A DNA stretch of 64,000 nucleotides, from NCBI GenBank assembly GCA_963795085.1, contig CAWCFX010000006.1:640001-704000 (forward strand), in the 5' to 3' direction. The first letter of the stretch is position 1; every line of letters begins with the position of its first letter. Below, one piece after another: positions 29,377 to 38,828 of the stretch. A program made the position numbers and the translations under genes. The stretch comes from an uncultured Gemmatimonadales bacterium (lineage in GTDB: Bacteria > Gemmatimonadota > Gemmatimonadetes > Gemmatimonadales > GWC2-71-9). The notes beneath the pieces were generated by a model. That model was given only the letters and a program-made list of their open reading frames with translations, was not told the DNA's origin and did not search any database.

Positions 29377-30113
29377 GCTGCCCGCTTTCGAGCGATCAGG
29401 ACCAGCGTGCGGCCCAGCAACAGGGCCGGCGACAGCATGTGGGCGGCAATGTCCCGGTTGGCCGCGCGTTGTTCCGCGTCGGGCTCCCGCCGCAGCGCCA
29501 GGTGGGTCTCCGCCCAGATCTTGGGCCAGGCCCAGAAATGCACCGCCGCGTGCCGGCGGAGCCGGTCGGTCGTGACCTCGTCGATCACCAGGCCCGCGGA
29601 GCGGAGGACGTAGCGCAGCTCATAATAGGTGAGCAGGTGAATATGGTCGTGAACCGGCGCCCGGGTGTGCTCCTTCATCGGGCGGGGCGCCAGCGGAAAG
29701 AAGCCGGTCCAGAAATACTGCCAGCGGGCGGCCAGGCTGAGAATATTGGGCGTGGTCACCAGCAGCCGCCCGCCCGGAGCCAGGACCCGGGCGCACTCCC
29801 GGGCAAACCGGAACTGGTCTTCCAGGTGCTCGACTGTCTCCAGGCAGGTGACAAGGTCGAAGCTTTGATCGGGAAAGGGAAGCGCCTTGGCGATGTCGGC
29901 AGCGGTGAATGGAATATGGCCGGCCTGGAACTGGCCGGGCAGGAGATCGCAGGCGGCGACCTCGAATCCCATCGCCTGGAGCCGTACCGCCAGGGCCCCG
30001 CTGCCGGCCCCCAGGTCCAGCAGCCGGCCGCGAGGCCAGCGCGCGGCCAGCTCCAATACCCGCTGGTGAGTGCGGGGGCAGGCGATGACCCGGAGATCAG
30101 ACGAGCTTGTAAT
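29373..30113 (-). CDS. Class I SAM-dependent methyltransferase
   Basis: LLDLGAGSG, FDLVTCLETVEHL and RVLAPGG. Start uncertain: TTG 30056 or a non-canonical ATT at 30113. Confidence 0.85.
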   Translation of the reverse strand: MTSSSDLRVIACPRTHQRVLELAARWPRGRLLDLGAGSGALAVRLQAMGFEVAACDLLPGQFQAGHIPFTAADIAKALPFPDQSFDLVTCLETVEHLEDQFRFARECARVLAPGGRLLVTTPNILSLAARWQYFWTGFFPLAPRPMKEHTRAPVHDHIHLLTYYELRYVLRSAGLVIDEVTTDRLRRHAAVHFWAWPKIWAETHLALRREPDAEQRAANRDIAAHMLSPALLLGRTLVLIARKRAA

Positions 30114-30960
30114 TGCGAAACTCGAAGACGCGGGCGCCGGTCAGGCGCTCAATGACGTCCGACGCGTAGAATCGCAGGTGCTCCATCTGGAACCGGGGAG
30201 GTTCCACCCGCCGCTCCGGATCATGGGCGCGGGCGGCGACCCACGCTTGCGCGGCGGCCGGATGAGCACCCCGAAACGGCTTCAGGCCGGGGAACCAGGG
30301 CAGCAGCGGCCGCCGCGCCTCGCTCTCCCGGGACCAGGGGTACAGCGTCTTGTTCACCTCCCGCTTGGCCCGCAACGCCTGCGCCGGCCGCGCCCACCCA
30401 TAGTGAAACATCTCGGCGCCCGTCAGCCGGGCCCGGATCTTTCGATACTCGGGGCCGACCCGGAATCCCTGGGCGCCCTGGTACGGCCGGATGTCCAGCG
30501 CGGGGTCGAGGCGCACGGCCCGCACCTCCCGCCGGTACCAGCGGCGGTTCACCGCGATGGTGCCGAGATCACCATAGAAGTGAAGGTACTTGACCAGCAG
30601 GCCTTCGACTTGCGGATCGGCGTCGTGCCCGGCGATGGCCTGCGCCAGGGCCTCGGCGCCCCGCTCGTGCAGGACCTCGTCGGCCTGGATGTATATCCCC
30701 CAGGGGTTCCGGCATGCCCGCATCGCCCGCAGGGTCTCATCGCCAAGGACCTTGTTCTTGATGGTCATGTCCCATTCGGTCTCCAGGATCCGGATCCTGG
30801 GATCGCCGATGGCGCGGACCAGCGCCAGCGTCTCGTCCTCCGACTTGCCGACGTTGACGATCACCTCGTCACAGACAGGCAGGATAGACCGGATGCTGGC
30901 TTCCAGCGGGAAGTCCAGCTTGATCGCGTTGCGGACGATGGTGAAGCCCGAGATCGGCAT
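30097..30960 (-). CDS. GT2-like glycosyltransferase
   Basis: ISGFTIVRNA, WGIYIQADEV, YLHFYG and FHYGW. ATG at 30960. Confidence 0.85.
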   Translation of the reverse strand: MPISGFTIVRNAIKLDFPLEASIRSILPVCDEVIVNVGKSEDETLALVRAIGDPRIRILETEWDMTIKNKVLGDETLRAMRACRNPWGIYIQADEVLHERGAEALAQAIAGHDADPQVEGLLVKYLHFYGDLGTIAVNRRWYRREVRAVRLDPALDIRPYQGAQGFRVGPEYRKIRARLTGAEMFHYGWARPAQALRAKREVNKTLYPWSRESEARRPLLPWFPGLKPFRGAHPAAAQAWVAARAHDPERRVEPPRFQMEHLRFYASDVIERLTGARVFEFRNYKLV

Positions 30961-31117
30961 GGGGTGCTGGTTGAAGGATCGTGGTGGCCGATGGCGCATG
31001 GCCGCCGACAGAGGGAAAGGCGGATGACCGTCTTGCTAAAAATCATCCCCCGCCCCCCTCAGCCGCAACCCGAGGCTCCTACCCCCACCGGGGACGCGGC
31101 GATACATTCCCGCCCGC

Positions 31118-32056
31118 ATGCACGTCACTCTCTACTTCCACGACAAGCTCCCCATCAAGGGCTACGGGGGAACCCAGCGCGTGGTCGTCTGGCTGGCCCG
31201 GGGACTGGCGCAACTGGGCCACCAGGTCACCCTGATCGCCGGACCCGGCTCCCGGGTGCCGGAGGCCACGCTGGTCCCGGTGGACCTCAAGCGGGCGCGG
31301 ATGCCCGGCTTCGACCTTTCGCCGTACCTGCCGCGGGGCGTGGACATCGTGCATTCCTTCGCGCCCCTGGTCCAGCGGCCCGCCGCGGTGCCCTGTCTGG
31401 TCACCCAGGAAGGCAACTCCAAGGCCGGCAAGGAACCCTCGCCGGAGACCATCTTCGTCAGCGCCAATCACGCCGAACGAAACGGGCGCACCGCGTTCGT
31501 CTACAACGGCATCGACCCTGCCGAGTTCGTATTTCAGCCGGTGAAGCAGGACTATGATTTTTTCCTGGGACGGCTGCACAAGGAAAAGGGGTACCACCTG
31601 GCGATCGAAGCGGCGTTGCGGACCGGCCGCAAGCTGGTGATCGCCGGGGGCTGGCGCCCCAGTTTCCGCCGGGTGGTGAAGTTCGTCGGCGAAGTCGACG
31701 GGGCCGAAAAGGCGCAATGGCTGGCGGAGGCCCGTTGCCTCTGGATGCCCGCCCTCTGGGACGAGCCCTTCGGCCTGACCCTGGCGGAGGCCCTGATGAG
31801 CGGCACCCCGGTGATCGGCACCCGGCGCGGCTCGCTCCCCGAGATCATCTCGTCCGATGTGGGAGGCCTGGGCGACGACCTCGATGAACTGGCCGCGATC
31901 GCGGAGCGGATCCAGGAGGTGGACCCCGCCGCCTGCCGGGCCCGGGCCGAGAAATACTTTTCCCACCTCGTCATGGCGGAGGAGTACGTCCGGTACTACC
32001 GGCATTTCCTGGACACCGCGTCATTGCCGCCTGGGAGGCCGGCGCCGGCAGCCTGA
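31118..32056 (+). CDS. GT4 glycosyltransferase
   Basis: GYGGTQRVV, FLGRLHKEKG and WDEPFGLTLAEALMSGTPV. Confidence 0.9.
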   Translation: MHVTLYFHDKLPIKGYGGTQRVVVWLARGLAQLGHQVTLIAGPGSRVPEATLVPVDLKRARMPGFDLSPYLPRGVDIVHSFAPLVQRPAAVPCLVTQEGNSKAGKEPSPETIFVSANHAERNGRTAFVYNGIDPAEFVFQPVKQDYDFFLGRLHKEKGYHLAIEAALRTGRKLVIAGGWRPSFRRVVKFVGEVDGAEKAQWLAEARCLWMPALWDEPFGLTLAEALMSGTPVIGTRRGSLPEIISSDVGGLGDDLDELAAIAERIQEVDPAACRARAEKYFSHLVMAEEYVRYYRHFLDTASLPPGRPAPAA

Positions 32057-32122
32057 AAACGGGAACCGGCCGACCTGGTTGCGGCACTGGCCCCGACCAG
32101 GCGGATATCGTTCAGGACAAAG

Positions 32123-33076
32123 TCAGAGCCGCGCCAGGAAGTCCCGCATCCGGTGCATGTAGGTGTGCCGGCTCAGGGCGGCCTGGCGCGCGGCCCGGGC
32201 CAGCCGTTCCCGGCGGGGCTGGTCGGCCAGGGTCTGCCGCACCTGGTCCCGCAAGGTGGCGACGCTGTTGTGCACCAGGACTTCCTCGCCCGGCGCCAGG
32301 TAGTCCGCCAGACCGGGCCGCTGTTCCACCGCCTGGGGCACCCCGATCGCCGCGATCTCGAAGAGCCGGGCGTTGACCGGACTCTCGGCCCCGGCGGCGT
32401 CGCTGTCGCGGTGCAGGTTGATGCCGATGGTTCCACCGGCGTAGGCGCGGACATAGTTGTCCATGGACAGCAGTTCCCCCCGGCAATACTCCCGGAGGCC
32501 GGTCTTCTTCCACCCCGGCCCCCACAGCGCCAGCCCGAACTCCACCAGCTCTCCCAGCACTGATTCCCGGTACGGCGTCGCCGTCCCCGCGAACACGACG
32601 TTGGCGCGGAACGGGTCCCGCACCCGGAGCGGCCGGTGCACCGAGGGATCGCAGCCGGCGTCCAGCGAATGCACCGGGCGGTCCAGGCTCCGGGCCCAGC
32701 GGCTGGCCCTCCGGGCACCGGCCGCAAAGACGATATCGGTGGGAACCAGGCCGGGAGGCGGCGCGTCCGGCGGCGACTCCTGCCAGGGAAACCAGAACGC
32801 CCAGCGGGCGGTCGTCGCGGGGCGCAGCGGGTCCACTGCACCCCGCCGCAGCACCTCCCCGTCAGTCACCAGGATGACCTCCGGCGCCGAGTGCCCGATC
32901 GCCTGTTCCAGGCGGACGGTGAGATCCCGCTGGGTCAGCCGGTCCAGCCAGCCGGTGCGTTCGAGGTTGAAGGGAGTCACGGTGGCGCCCAGCCGTTCCA
33001 GCGCCCGCTGGTAGAGGGGGGCGTGGCCCTGGCGGGACTCGTTGAACCGGGCGACGAGCAGAACCTTCACCATCAC
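32123..33076 (-). CDS. CgeB-like glycosyltransferase
   Basis: GCDPSVHRP, FAGTATPYR, INLH...NARLFEIAAIG and HTYMHR. Confidence 0.8.
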   Translation of the reverse strand: MMVKVLLVARFNESRQGHAPLYQRALERLGATVTPFNLERTGWLDRLTQRDLTVRLEQAIGHSAPEVILVTDGEVLRRGAVDPLRPATTARWAFWFPWQESPPDAPPPGLVPTDIVFAAGARRASRWARSLDRPVHSLDAGCDPSVHRPLRVRDPFRANVVFAGTATPYRESVLGELVEFGLALWGPGWKKTGLREYCRGELLSMDNYVRAYAGGTIGINLHRDSDAAGAESPVNARLFEIAAIGVPQAVEQRPGLADYLAPGEEVLVHNSVATLRDQVRQTLADQPRRERLARAARQAALSRHTYMHRMRDFLARL

Positions 33077-34905
33077 CGGCTTTCGGCCACCGCGTCCAGA
33101 TCTTCGTCGCGGAACTGGAGGTCGTAGAGCCGGCGGTACAGTCCCCCCCGGCGGAACAATTCCTCGTGGGACCCGGACTCCACGACGCGGCCGTCGTTCA
33201 GCACCACGATCCGGTCGGCGTGGCGTACGGTGGCGAGGCGGTGGGCGATCACCAGCACGGTGCGGTCTCGCATGAGCCGGTCGATCGCCTCCTGGACCAG
33301 CCGCTCCGACTCCGCGTCGAGCGCACTGGTCGCCTCGTCCAGGACCAGGATCGGTGCATCCCGCAGCAGCGCCCGGGCGATGGCGATCCGCTGGCGCTGG
33401 CCGCCGGAAAGCCGGGCGCCCCGCTCGCCCAGCATGGTGTCGTACCCCTGCGGCAGCTGGGCGATGAAGTCGGTGGCGTTGGCGGCCCGGGCCGCCTCTT
33501 CGATCCGCTCGGGGCTGGCATCGGGCTGTCCGTAGGCGATGTTGGCCCGCACGGTATCGTTGAGAAGCAGTGTATCCTGCCCGACCACCGCGATCAGGCG
33601 CCGGAGCGAGTGGCGGCGGAGGCGGGTGAGCGGCACCCCGTCCATCAGGATCCGGCCCTTCACCGGGTCGTGGAAGCGGGGAAGCAGGTCCACCAGCGTG
33701 GTCTTGCCGGCGCCGGACGGCCCGACCAGGGCCACCACCTGGCCCTTGGGCACCTGGAAGGTGATGTCGCGGAGCACTGGATCGCCGGTGCCATAGCGGA
33801 ACGACACGTCGTCGAATGCGATCTCCCGTTCAAAGCCGGCATCCACTTCGCCGGGGCGGTCCACATCGGTAGGGGCCAGGTCCAGCAGGTGAAAGACCCG
33901 GTCCGCGCTGGCCAGGGCCACGGCGAGCACGGCCGGAAACTGGCTGAGCGACTTGATGGGGGACATCATCTTGAGCGAGGCGACCAGGAAGGCGATCAGC
34001 GCCTCGGGACTCAGCGGCAGGCCACCGGTGCCGAACACCGGGCTGGTGCCGGCCCACACGATCAGGATCACCAGGACCCCGCCGAAGACTTCGCTCACCG
34101 GGCTGGTCAGCGAGGAATAGCGCTGGGTGCGGATGACCCGCTTGCGGTAGCTGTTCGCCTGGTCCTGGAAGCGCGCGGTCTCCTGCTCTTCCGCCCCGTA
34201 GGCCCGGATCAGCTTGATGGCGCCCAGCCGCTCGGCGACCGTGGCGGTGATCTCGCCCCGTTCTTCGGCCCGGGCCCGGGAGTGGCGGCGGAGCCGGCGC
34301 AGCAGCTGCTGGATTCCGAGGACGAGGACCGGGGCCGCGGCAAGGGTGAGCAGGGTGAGCTTCCAGGAGGTGAGCCAGAGGATCACCAGCGTCACCACGA
34401 TGACCATGAAGTTCTGGAAGAAGGCCGCCAGCGCGGCGGTGACCGCGGTCTTGGTGGCGTCCACGTCGTTGATCATCCCGCTGATCAGCTGCCCGGCGCG
34501 GGTCCGCTGGAAAAAATCGAGATCGAGCGTGAGCAGGTGGCGGAACAGCTTGCCGCGAAGGTCGCGCACCAGGCCTTCCTGCATGGCCACGTTGAGCTGG
34601 CTGGAGGCGTACCCCATTGCGTTCTTGAACAGCAGGCCCACCAGCAGGATGACGACGATCCGGGCCGTCGCCTCGCCGGGCGAGGCGCCGGCCAGGAAGG
34701 GCCGCAGCAGCCATTCGCTCAGGTCTTCCAGCCGGGTGGACTGGCCCAGGGCGCCCGCGGTGCCGAACAGCCGCTTGAGCAGCGGAATCAGCACCACGAT
34801 CGTGAAGCCGTCCAGCAGCGAAGCGAGGAAGGTCGTGAGCATCCCCAGGGCGAAAAGCCCCCGGTAGGGATGCATATGGGAAAGCAGGCGGCGTCCCGTG
34901 CGCAT
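33073..34905 (-). CDS. MsbA-like ABC exporter (TMD plus NBD)
   Basis: Six-TM domain, GPSGAGKT, LSGGQRQR, LDEATSALD and IAHRL. LPS cluster context. Confidence 0.92.
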   Translation of the reverse strand: MRTGRRLLSHMHPYRGLFALGMLTTFLASLLDGFTIVVLIPLLKRLFGTAGALGQSTRLEDLSEWLLRPFLAGASPGEATARIVVILLVGLLFKNAMGYASSQLNVAMQEGLVRDLRGKLFRHLLTLDLDFFQRTRAGQLISGMINDVDATKTAVTAALAAFFQNFMVIVVTLVILWLTSWKLTLLTLAAAPVLVLGIQQLLRRLRRHSRARAEERGEITATVAERLGAIKLIRAYGAEEQETARFQDQANSYRKRVIRTQRYSSLTSPVSEVFGGVLVILIVWAGTSPVFGTGGLPLSPEALIAFLVASLKMMSPIKSLSQFPAVLAVALASADRVFHLLDLAPTDVDRPGEVDAGFEREIAFDDVSFRYGTGDPVLRDITFQVPKGQVVALVGPSGAGKTTLVDLLPRFHDPVKGRILMDGVPLTRLRRHSLRRLIAVVGQDTLLLNDTVRANIAYGQPDASPERIEEAARAANATDFIAQLPQGYDTMLGERGARLSGGQRQRIAIARALLRDAPILVLDEATSALDAESERLVQEAIDRLMRDRTVLVIAHRLATVRHADRIVVLNDGRVVESGSHEELFRRGGLYRRLYDLQFRDEDLDAVAESR

Positions 34906-34927
34906 CAGGGGGCGGAGCGCCGGGCGG

Positions 34928-36496
34928 TCACCGGCTCTTCCGGGGGCTCAGCAGCGCGATGGGGAGCACGACTTCTTCCGGCGTCACCCCGCCGTGCAGA
35001 AAGGCGCCCCGGTAGCGGGCCTGGTACTCCCGCAGCTTGGTGGGATAGACGAAGAACCGGTCCCCGGTCGCCAGCAGCAGGCGGACTCCCGGTCCCCGGG
35101 GGGGCAGGCCGAAACTCCGGAGATCATCGACGACCAGGGCCGCATCCCGATCCTGGGTGCGAAGATCCTCGCCGAACTTGTAGCGCAGGTTGGCGGTGGC
35201 GTCCCGCTTGGCGTAGATGGTGGCGGGGGTGTGGCAGTGAATGGAGCCGTGGTCGGTGGTGAGAAGGACCGGGACATTCCGCCGCTCGGCTTCGCGCAGG
35301 GCGCTCCAGAGGGCCGACCGCTCGAACCAGGTCCGCGTGAGGCTGCGGAGCGCCGGCGTGTCCCGGGCCACCTCGAAGAGGGTCGAGTTTTCGGTGCGGC
35401 CGTGAGTCAGCTGGTCGATGAAATTGAAGACCAGCGCGGTCACGCCCTCCTGCGACAGGTGCGCCGGCAGCCGCTTGAGCAGCGTCTCGCCATCGGCGGC
35501 GGTAAAGACCTTTTCATAGCGGACCGGCACTTTCCGCCCGGTGAGTTCCTCCATCTGTTCGCTCAGGAGCTCGGCCTCGTGAGCGTTGAGCGAGGAGTCG
35601 TCGCTCTCTTTCCAGCGGCCCGGGTGCCGCTCCGCCAGTTCCACCGGGAAAAGTCCGCTGAAAATGGCGTTCCGCGCAAACGGCGTGGCGGTGGGCAGGA
35701 TCGAAAAGTAATGGGCGGTCTCGATGTCGAAGACCGTGCTGATCAGCGGCCGGAGCACCTCCCACTGATCCAGCCGGAGACAGTCCACCACCACCAGCAT
35801 GACCTTGCCGTTCTCCTTGAGGACCGGCTGCAGGAATTCCGCGCCGATGTCCACCGAGAGCGGCGGGCGATCGCTGTTGCCCTCCGCCAGCCAGCGGGCG
35901 TAGTTCCGCTCGATGAACCGGGCGAAATCCTGCCGCAGGCTTTCCTGCAGGTTCCGGAGCGCCTCCTGCAACCCCGGCTCATCCACCCGGCCCAGCCGGA
36001 CCTCCCATTCCGCCAGTTCCGCGACCAGGGCCACCCATTCCCGCCAGGACAGCTGGCTGCCGCGGCTTCCCTCCAGCTCCCGGAAACGGGTGGCGAAGTC
36101 CCGGGACAACCGCTGCTGCCGGATCCGCTCGCCATCCAGCAGCCGGGTCACCACCGACAGCACCTGGCGGGGGTTCACTGGCTTGACCAGGTAATCGCTG
36201 ATTTCGGCGCCAATGGCGTCCTTCAGGGTGTCGGGCTCCTCGCTCTTGGTGACCATGACCACCGGCATGGCGTGGTCGATCGCGCGGATGGCCCGGAACA
36301 GTTCGAGGCCCCGCCGGCCCGGCATGTGCTCGTCGAGCAGCACCACCCCGTATGGCTGGCGCTGCAGCAGGACGAGGGCGTCGTCGCCGTGGGCGGTCTT
36401 CTCGACCTGGAAACCGTGCTCCTCCAGGAACAGGATGTGGGAGGTCAGGCTTTCGACCTCGTCATCGACCCAGAGGATGCTTTTCGGGCGTGGCAT
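34928..36496 (-). CDS. PorX-like response regulator with PglZ/alkaline-phosphatase-superfamily domain
   Basis: REC domain (WVDDE, LLDEHMPG, MVTKSEE, YLVKPVNP), followed by VVDCLRLDQW, LPTATPFARNAIFSG, DQLTH, TTDHG and HGG motifs. Confidence 0.88.
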   Translation of the reverse strand: MPRPKSILWVDDEVESLTSHILFLEEHGFQVEKTAHGDDALVLLQRQPYGVVLLDEHMPGRRGLELFRAIRAIDHAMPVVMVTKSEEPDTLKDAIGAEISDYLVKPVNPRQVLSVVTRLLDGERIRQQRLSRDFATRFRELEGSRGSQLSWREWVALVAELAEWEVRLGRVDEPGLQEALRNLQESLRQDFARFIERNYARWLAEGNSDRPPLSVDIGAEFLQPVLKENGKVMLVVVDCLRLDQWEVLRPLISTVFDIETAHYFSILPTATPFARNAIFSGLFPVELAERHPGRWKESDDSSLNAHEAELLSEQMEELTGRKVPVRYEKVFTAADGETLLKRLPAHLSQEGVTALVFNFIDQLTHGRTENSTLFEVARDTPALRSLTRTWFERSALWSALREAERRNVPVLLTTDHGSIHCHTPATIYAKRDATANLRYKFGEDLRTQDRDAALVVDDLRSFGLPPRGPGVRLLLATGDRFFVYPTKLREYQARYRGAFLHGGVTPEEVVLPIALLSPRKSR

Positions 36497-36581
36497 GACC
36501 GCAAACTAGCCGGTTGGCAGTCGGCCGGGGAAGCAGGACGCGCTTCCGCGGCTCCCGCCCGGGCGGTACATTCCCGCGCCC

Positions 36582-37592
36582 ATGCCCGATCCTCGCATTC
36601 TTCTCATCCGTTTCAGCTCCATCGGTGACATCCTCCTGGCGACGCCGCTCGTCCGGGCGCTGCGCGCCCGCCATCCCGGCGCCCACCTGGCGTTCCTGAC
36701 CAGGGAGCCCTTCACGCCCCTGGTGCGGGACAACTCCCGGCTGAGCGAAGTCATCGGCTATCGCCGGGACCAGCCGCTGGACGAGCTGGCCGCGGCGCTC
36801 CGCCTCCGCAACTTCAGCCACGTGCTGGACCTGCACGGCAGCCTGCGCAGCCGGGCGCTCCGATTCCTGGTGCCGGCCCGGTGGAGCCGGTACCGGAACC
36901 ACCGGCTCGCCCGGGAGATCCTGATCCGCTATAAGAAGAACGTGTATCCCCGGCCGGTCCCGGTGCCGGAACGGTATTTCGAGGCGGCCCGCGGCCTCGG
37001 CGTGCTGCCGGACGGCCTGCCCCCCGAGTTCTTTCTGTCCGCCGCGGCGAAGGAGGAAGCCGGCGCCTGGCTCCTCGGCGCCGGGCTGCCGGCGGGCCGG
37101 GGGTGGATCGGGCTGGCGCCGGGCGCCGCGCACCAGACCAAGCGGTGGCCGCAGGAGTACTGGCAGGAACTGGCGACTCGCCTTACGGCCGCCGGGTACT
37201 CGGTCATCGCGGTAGGAGGCCCCGAAGATCTCGCGGCGGGCGAGGCGGTGGCGGCGGCGGGCGGAACCGCCGCGGTGAACGCGGCAGGGCGGTTTGGCCT
37301 GCAGGGCACCGGCGCCATCCTGGCCCGGTGCGGGGCTGTGGTGTCGGGCGACACCGGCGTGATGCACATGGCCACCGGGGTCGGCTCCCCGGTGGTGGCG
37401 CTCTTCGGCCCCACCGTGCGTCCCTTCGGGTTCTTTCCTTATTCGCCGAAGGCGACCGTGGTGGAACAGGACCTCGCCTGCCGTCCCTGCTCCGCCCACG
37501 GTTCGGCCCGCTGCCCGCTGGGTCACCACCGCTGCCTGCGGGACACCCTCCCCGGGGCGGTCGAGCACATCGTGCGGGGGGTTGCCGCGTGA
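36582..37592 (+). CDS. GT9 LPS heptosyltransferase (WaaF-like)
   Basis: IRFSSIGDILL, LAPGAAHQTKRWP, GDTGVMHMA, LFGPT and CRPCS. Confidence 0.9.
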   Translation: MPDPRILLIRFSSIGDILLATPLVRALRARHPGAHLAFLTREPFTPLVRDNSRLSEVIGYRRDQPLDELAAALRLRNFSHVLDLHGSLRSRALRFLVPARWSRYRNHRLAREILIRYKKNVYPRPVPVPERYFEAARGLGVLPDGLPPEFFLSAAAKEEAGAWLLGAGLPAGRGWIGLAPGAAHQTKRWPQEYWQELATRLTAAGYSVIAVGGPEDLAAGEAVAAAGGTAAVNAAGRFGLQGTGAILARCGAVVSGDTGVMHMATGVGSPVVALFGPTVRPFGFFPYSPKATVVEQDLACRPCSAHGSARCPLGHHRCLRDTLPGAVEHIVRGVAA

Positions 37593-37990
37593 CGGCCTGG
37601 GACCCCGCGTCAGCAGAACTGGTCCGGTTGCTGGCCCGCACCGCGCGGGGGCCGCGGCGGGAGGGAATCTACGCCCTCTGGCTCACGGTCCGGGTCGCCC
37701 AGGACCTTCTCGACCCAGCGGGCCATCCCGAGCGGGCCCACCGCCGCCGGGTACTGGCGCTGGAGCACCGGCTCGCGACGCTCACCCTGCCGCCCCAGCT
37801 TCGCCGGGCGCTCGCCGCCGCCATGCTTCACCTCCGCATCCCGCGCGCGGACACCGCGAGTGAAGTGCTGGGCCAACTGGCCGCGCCCGCACGGGAAGGC
37901 GCCGGACCGGAAGCCGGTGATATCATTGCCGTAGCGGCGAAAGCGGCGCGCGAACATGCGAAGGCCGCCCGCACCCGTCCCCCAGCCTGA
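37589..37990 (+). CDS. Hypothetical alpha-helical protein
   Basis: GTGA overlap with the GT9 stop; fills the gap to the next gene. Begins MTAWDPASAELVRLLAR. Confidence 0.65.
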   Translation: MTAWDPASAELVRLLARTARGPRREGIYALWLTVRVAQDLLDPAGHPERAHRRRVLALEHRLATLTLPPQLRRALAAAMLHLRIPRADTASEVLGQLAAPAREGAGPEAGDIIAVAAKAAREHAKAARTRPPA

Positions 37991-37992
37991 GC

Positions 37993-38796
37993 ATGTTCGA
38001 ACGGACCCGGCGGGCGCACCCTGCCTCGCTCCTGCTTCCCGCCGCGCTGGTCGCCGGCCTGGGCTGGGTGCTGGCGCACCGGCAACCCGACCTCGCCCTG
38101 CTCCGCCCCGTGGTGGAGGCGACCCGGGGGCTGGTCACCGTCCAGTTCCTGCTCTCCCTCGCGGCCTTCGGATTGGTGATCGGCATCATGCTGCTCGCCG
38201 GCCGTATCAAGCCGGACGACGCAGGACTGCAGCGGGACCTGCTGGGCCGCGGGGTCGGCGCGACCGCCATGATCTGGGGCGCGTCCCAGGTCATCGGTGT
38301 GCTCCCGCGGGTGGTCGCCAACCGGCCGGTCCTGCTCGACCCGGCGTTCGAGCATGGCTCGCGCTGGGACCTGGGTGGCCATTTTCTCACGGCCCTGGCG
38401 ACCGGGAGCCTGGAGGAACTGGTCTTTCGCGGCTTGCTCCTGGTCCAGCTCTACCGGCTCTTCAACCGGGAGCACCGGGACGAGGACGTCGGCACCCTTC
38501 CCGCCGCCGCGATCACCCTCCTGGTCGCCGGCCTCGCGGCTCTCCCGGGGGTGTGGCCCTATGCCTCTATTGAGGCGGCGGCCATCGGCCAGGGGATCCT
38601 GCTGGGCGGCGGCGCCTTTCTCTGCTGGCTCTACTTCAGGACCAAGAACCTCTTCTTCGTGATCGGTATCCACGCGCTGCTGCTCGCGCCATCGCCGGTG
38701 GTGGCGGGGCCCCGGGGCGGGGGCCAATGGTACCATCCTCTCGTGGTGGCGATCCTGGCCACCCTCTGGGCCTTGCTGTGGCCCCGCCGGGATTGA
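37993..38796 (+). CDS. CPBP (CAAX/Abi) intramembrane metalloprotease
   Basis: EELVFRG motif, LYFRTKNL...IGIHA and multiple TM helices. Confidence 0.85.
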   Translation: MFERTRRAHPASLLLPAALVAGLGWVLAHRQPDLALLRPVVEATRGLVTVQFLLSLAAFGLVIGIMLLAGRIKPDDAGLQRDLLGRGVGATAMIWGASQVIGVLPRVVANRPVLLDPAFEHGSRWDLGGHFLTALATGSLEELVFRGLLLVQLYRLFNREHRDEDVGTLPAAAITLLVAGLAALPGVWPYASIEAAAIGQGILLGGGAFLCWLYFRTKNLFFVIGIHALLLAPSPVVAGPRGGGQWYHPLVVAILATLWALLWPRRD

Positions 38797-38828
38797 ATGA
38801 TTCCGGTGGCGCTGCCTTAAATTGAAGT

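Noticed and set aside
34928..36496. PglZ domain as part of a BREX defence system
   Set aside because: It is fused to a receiver domain as in PorX, and no brxC, pglX or brxL genes are present.
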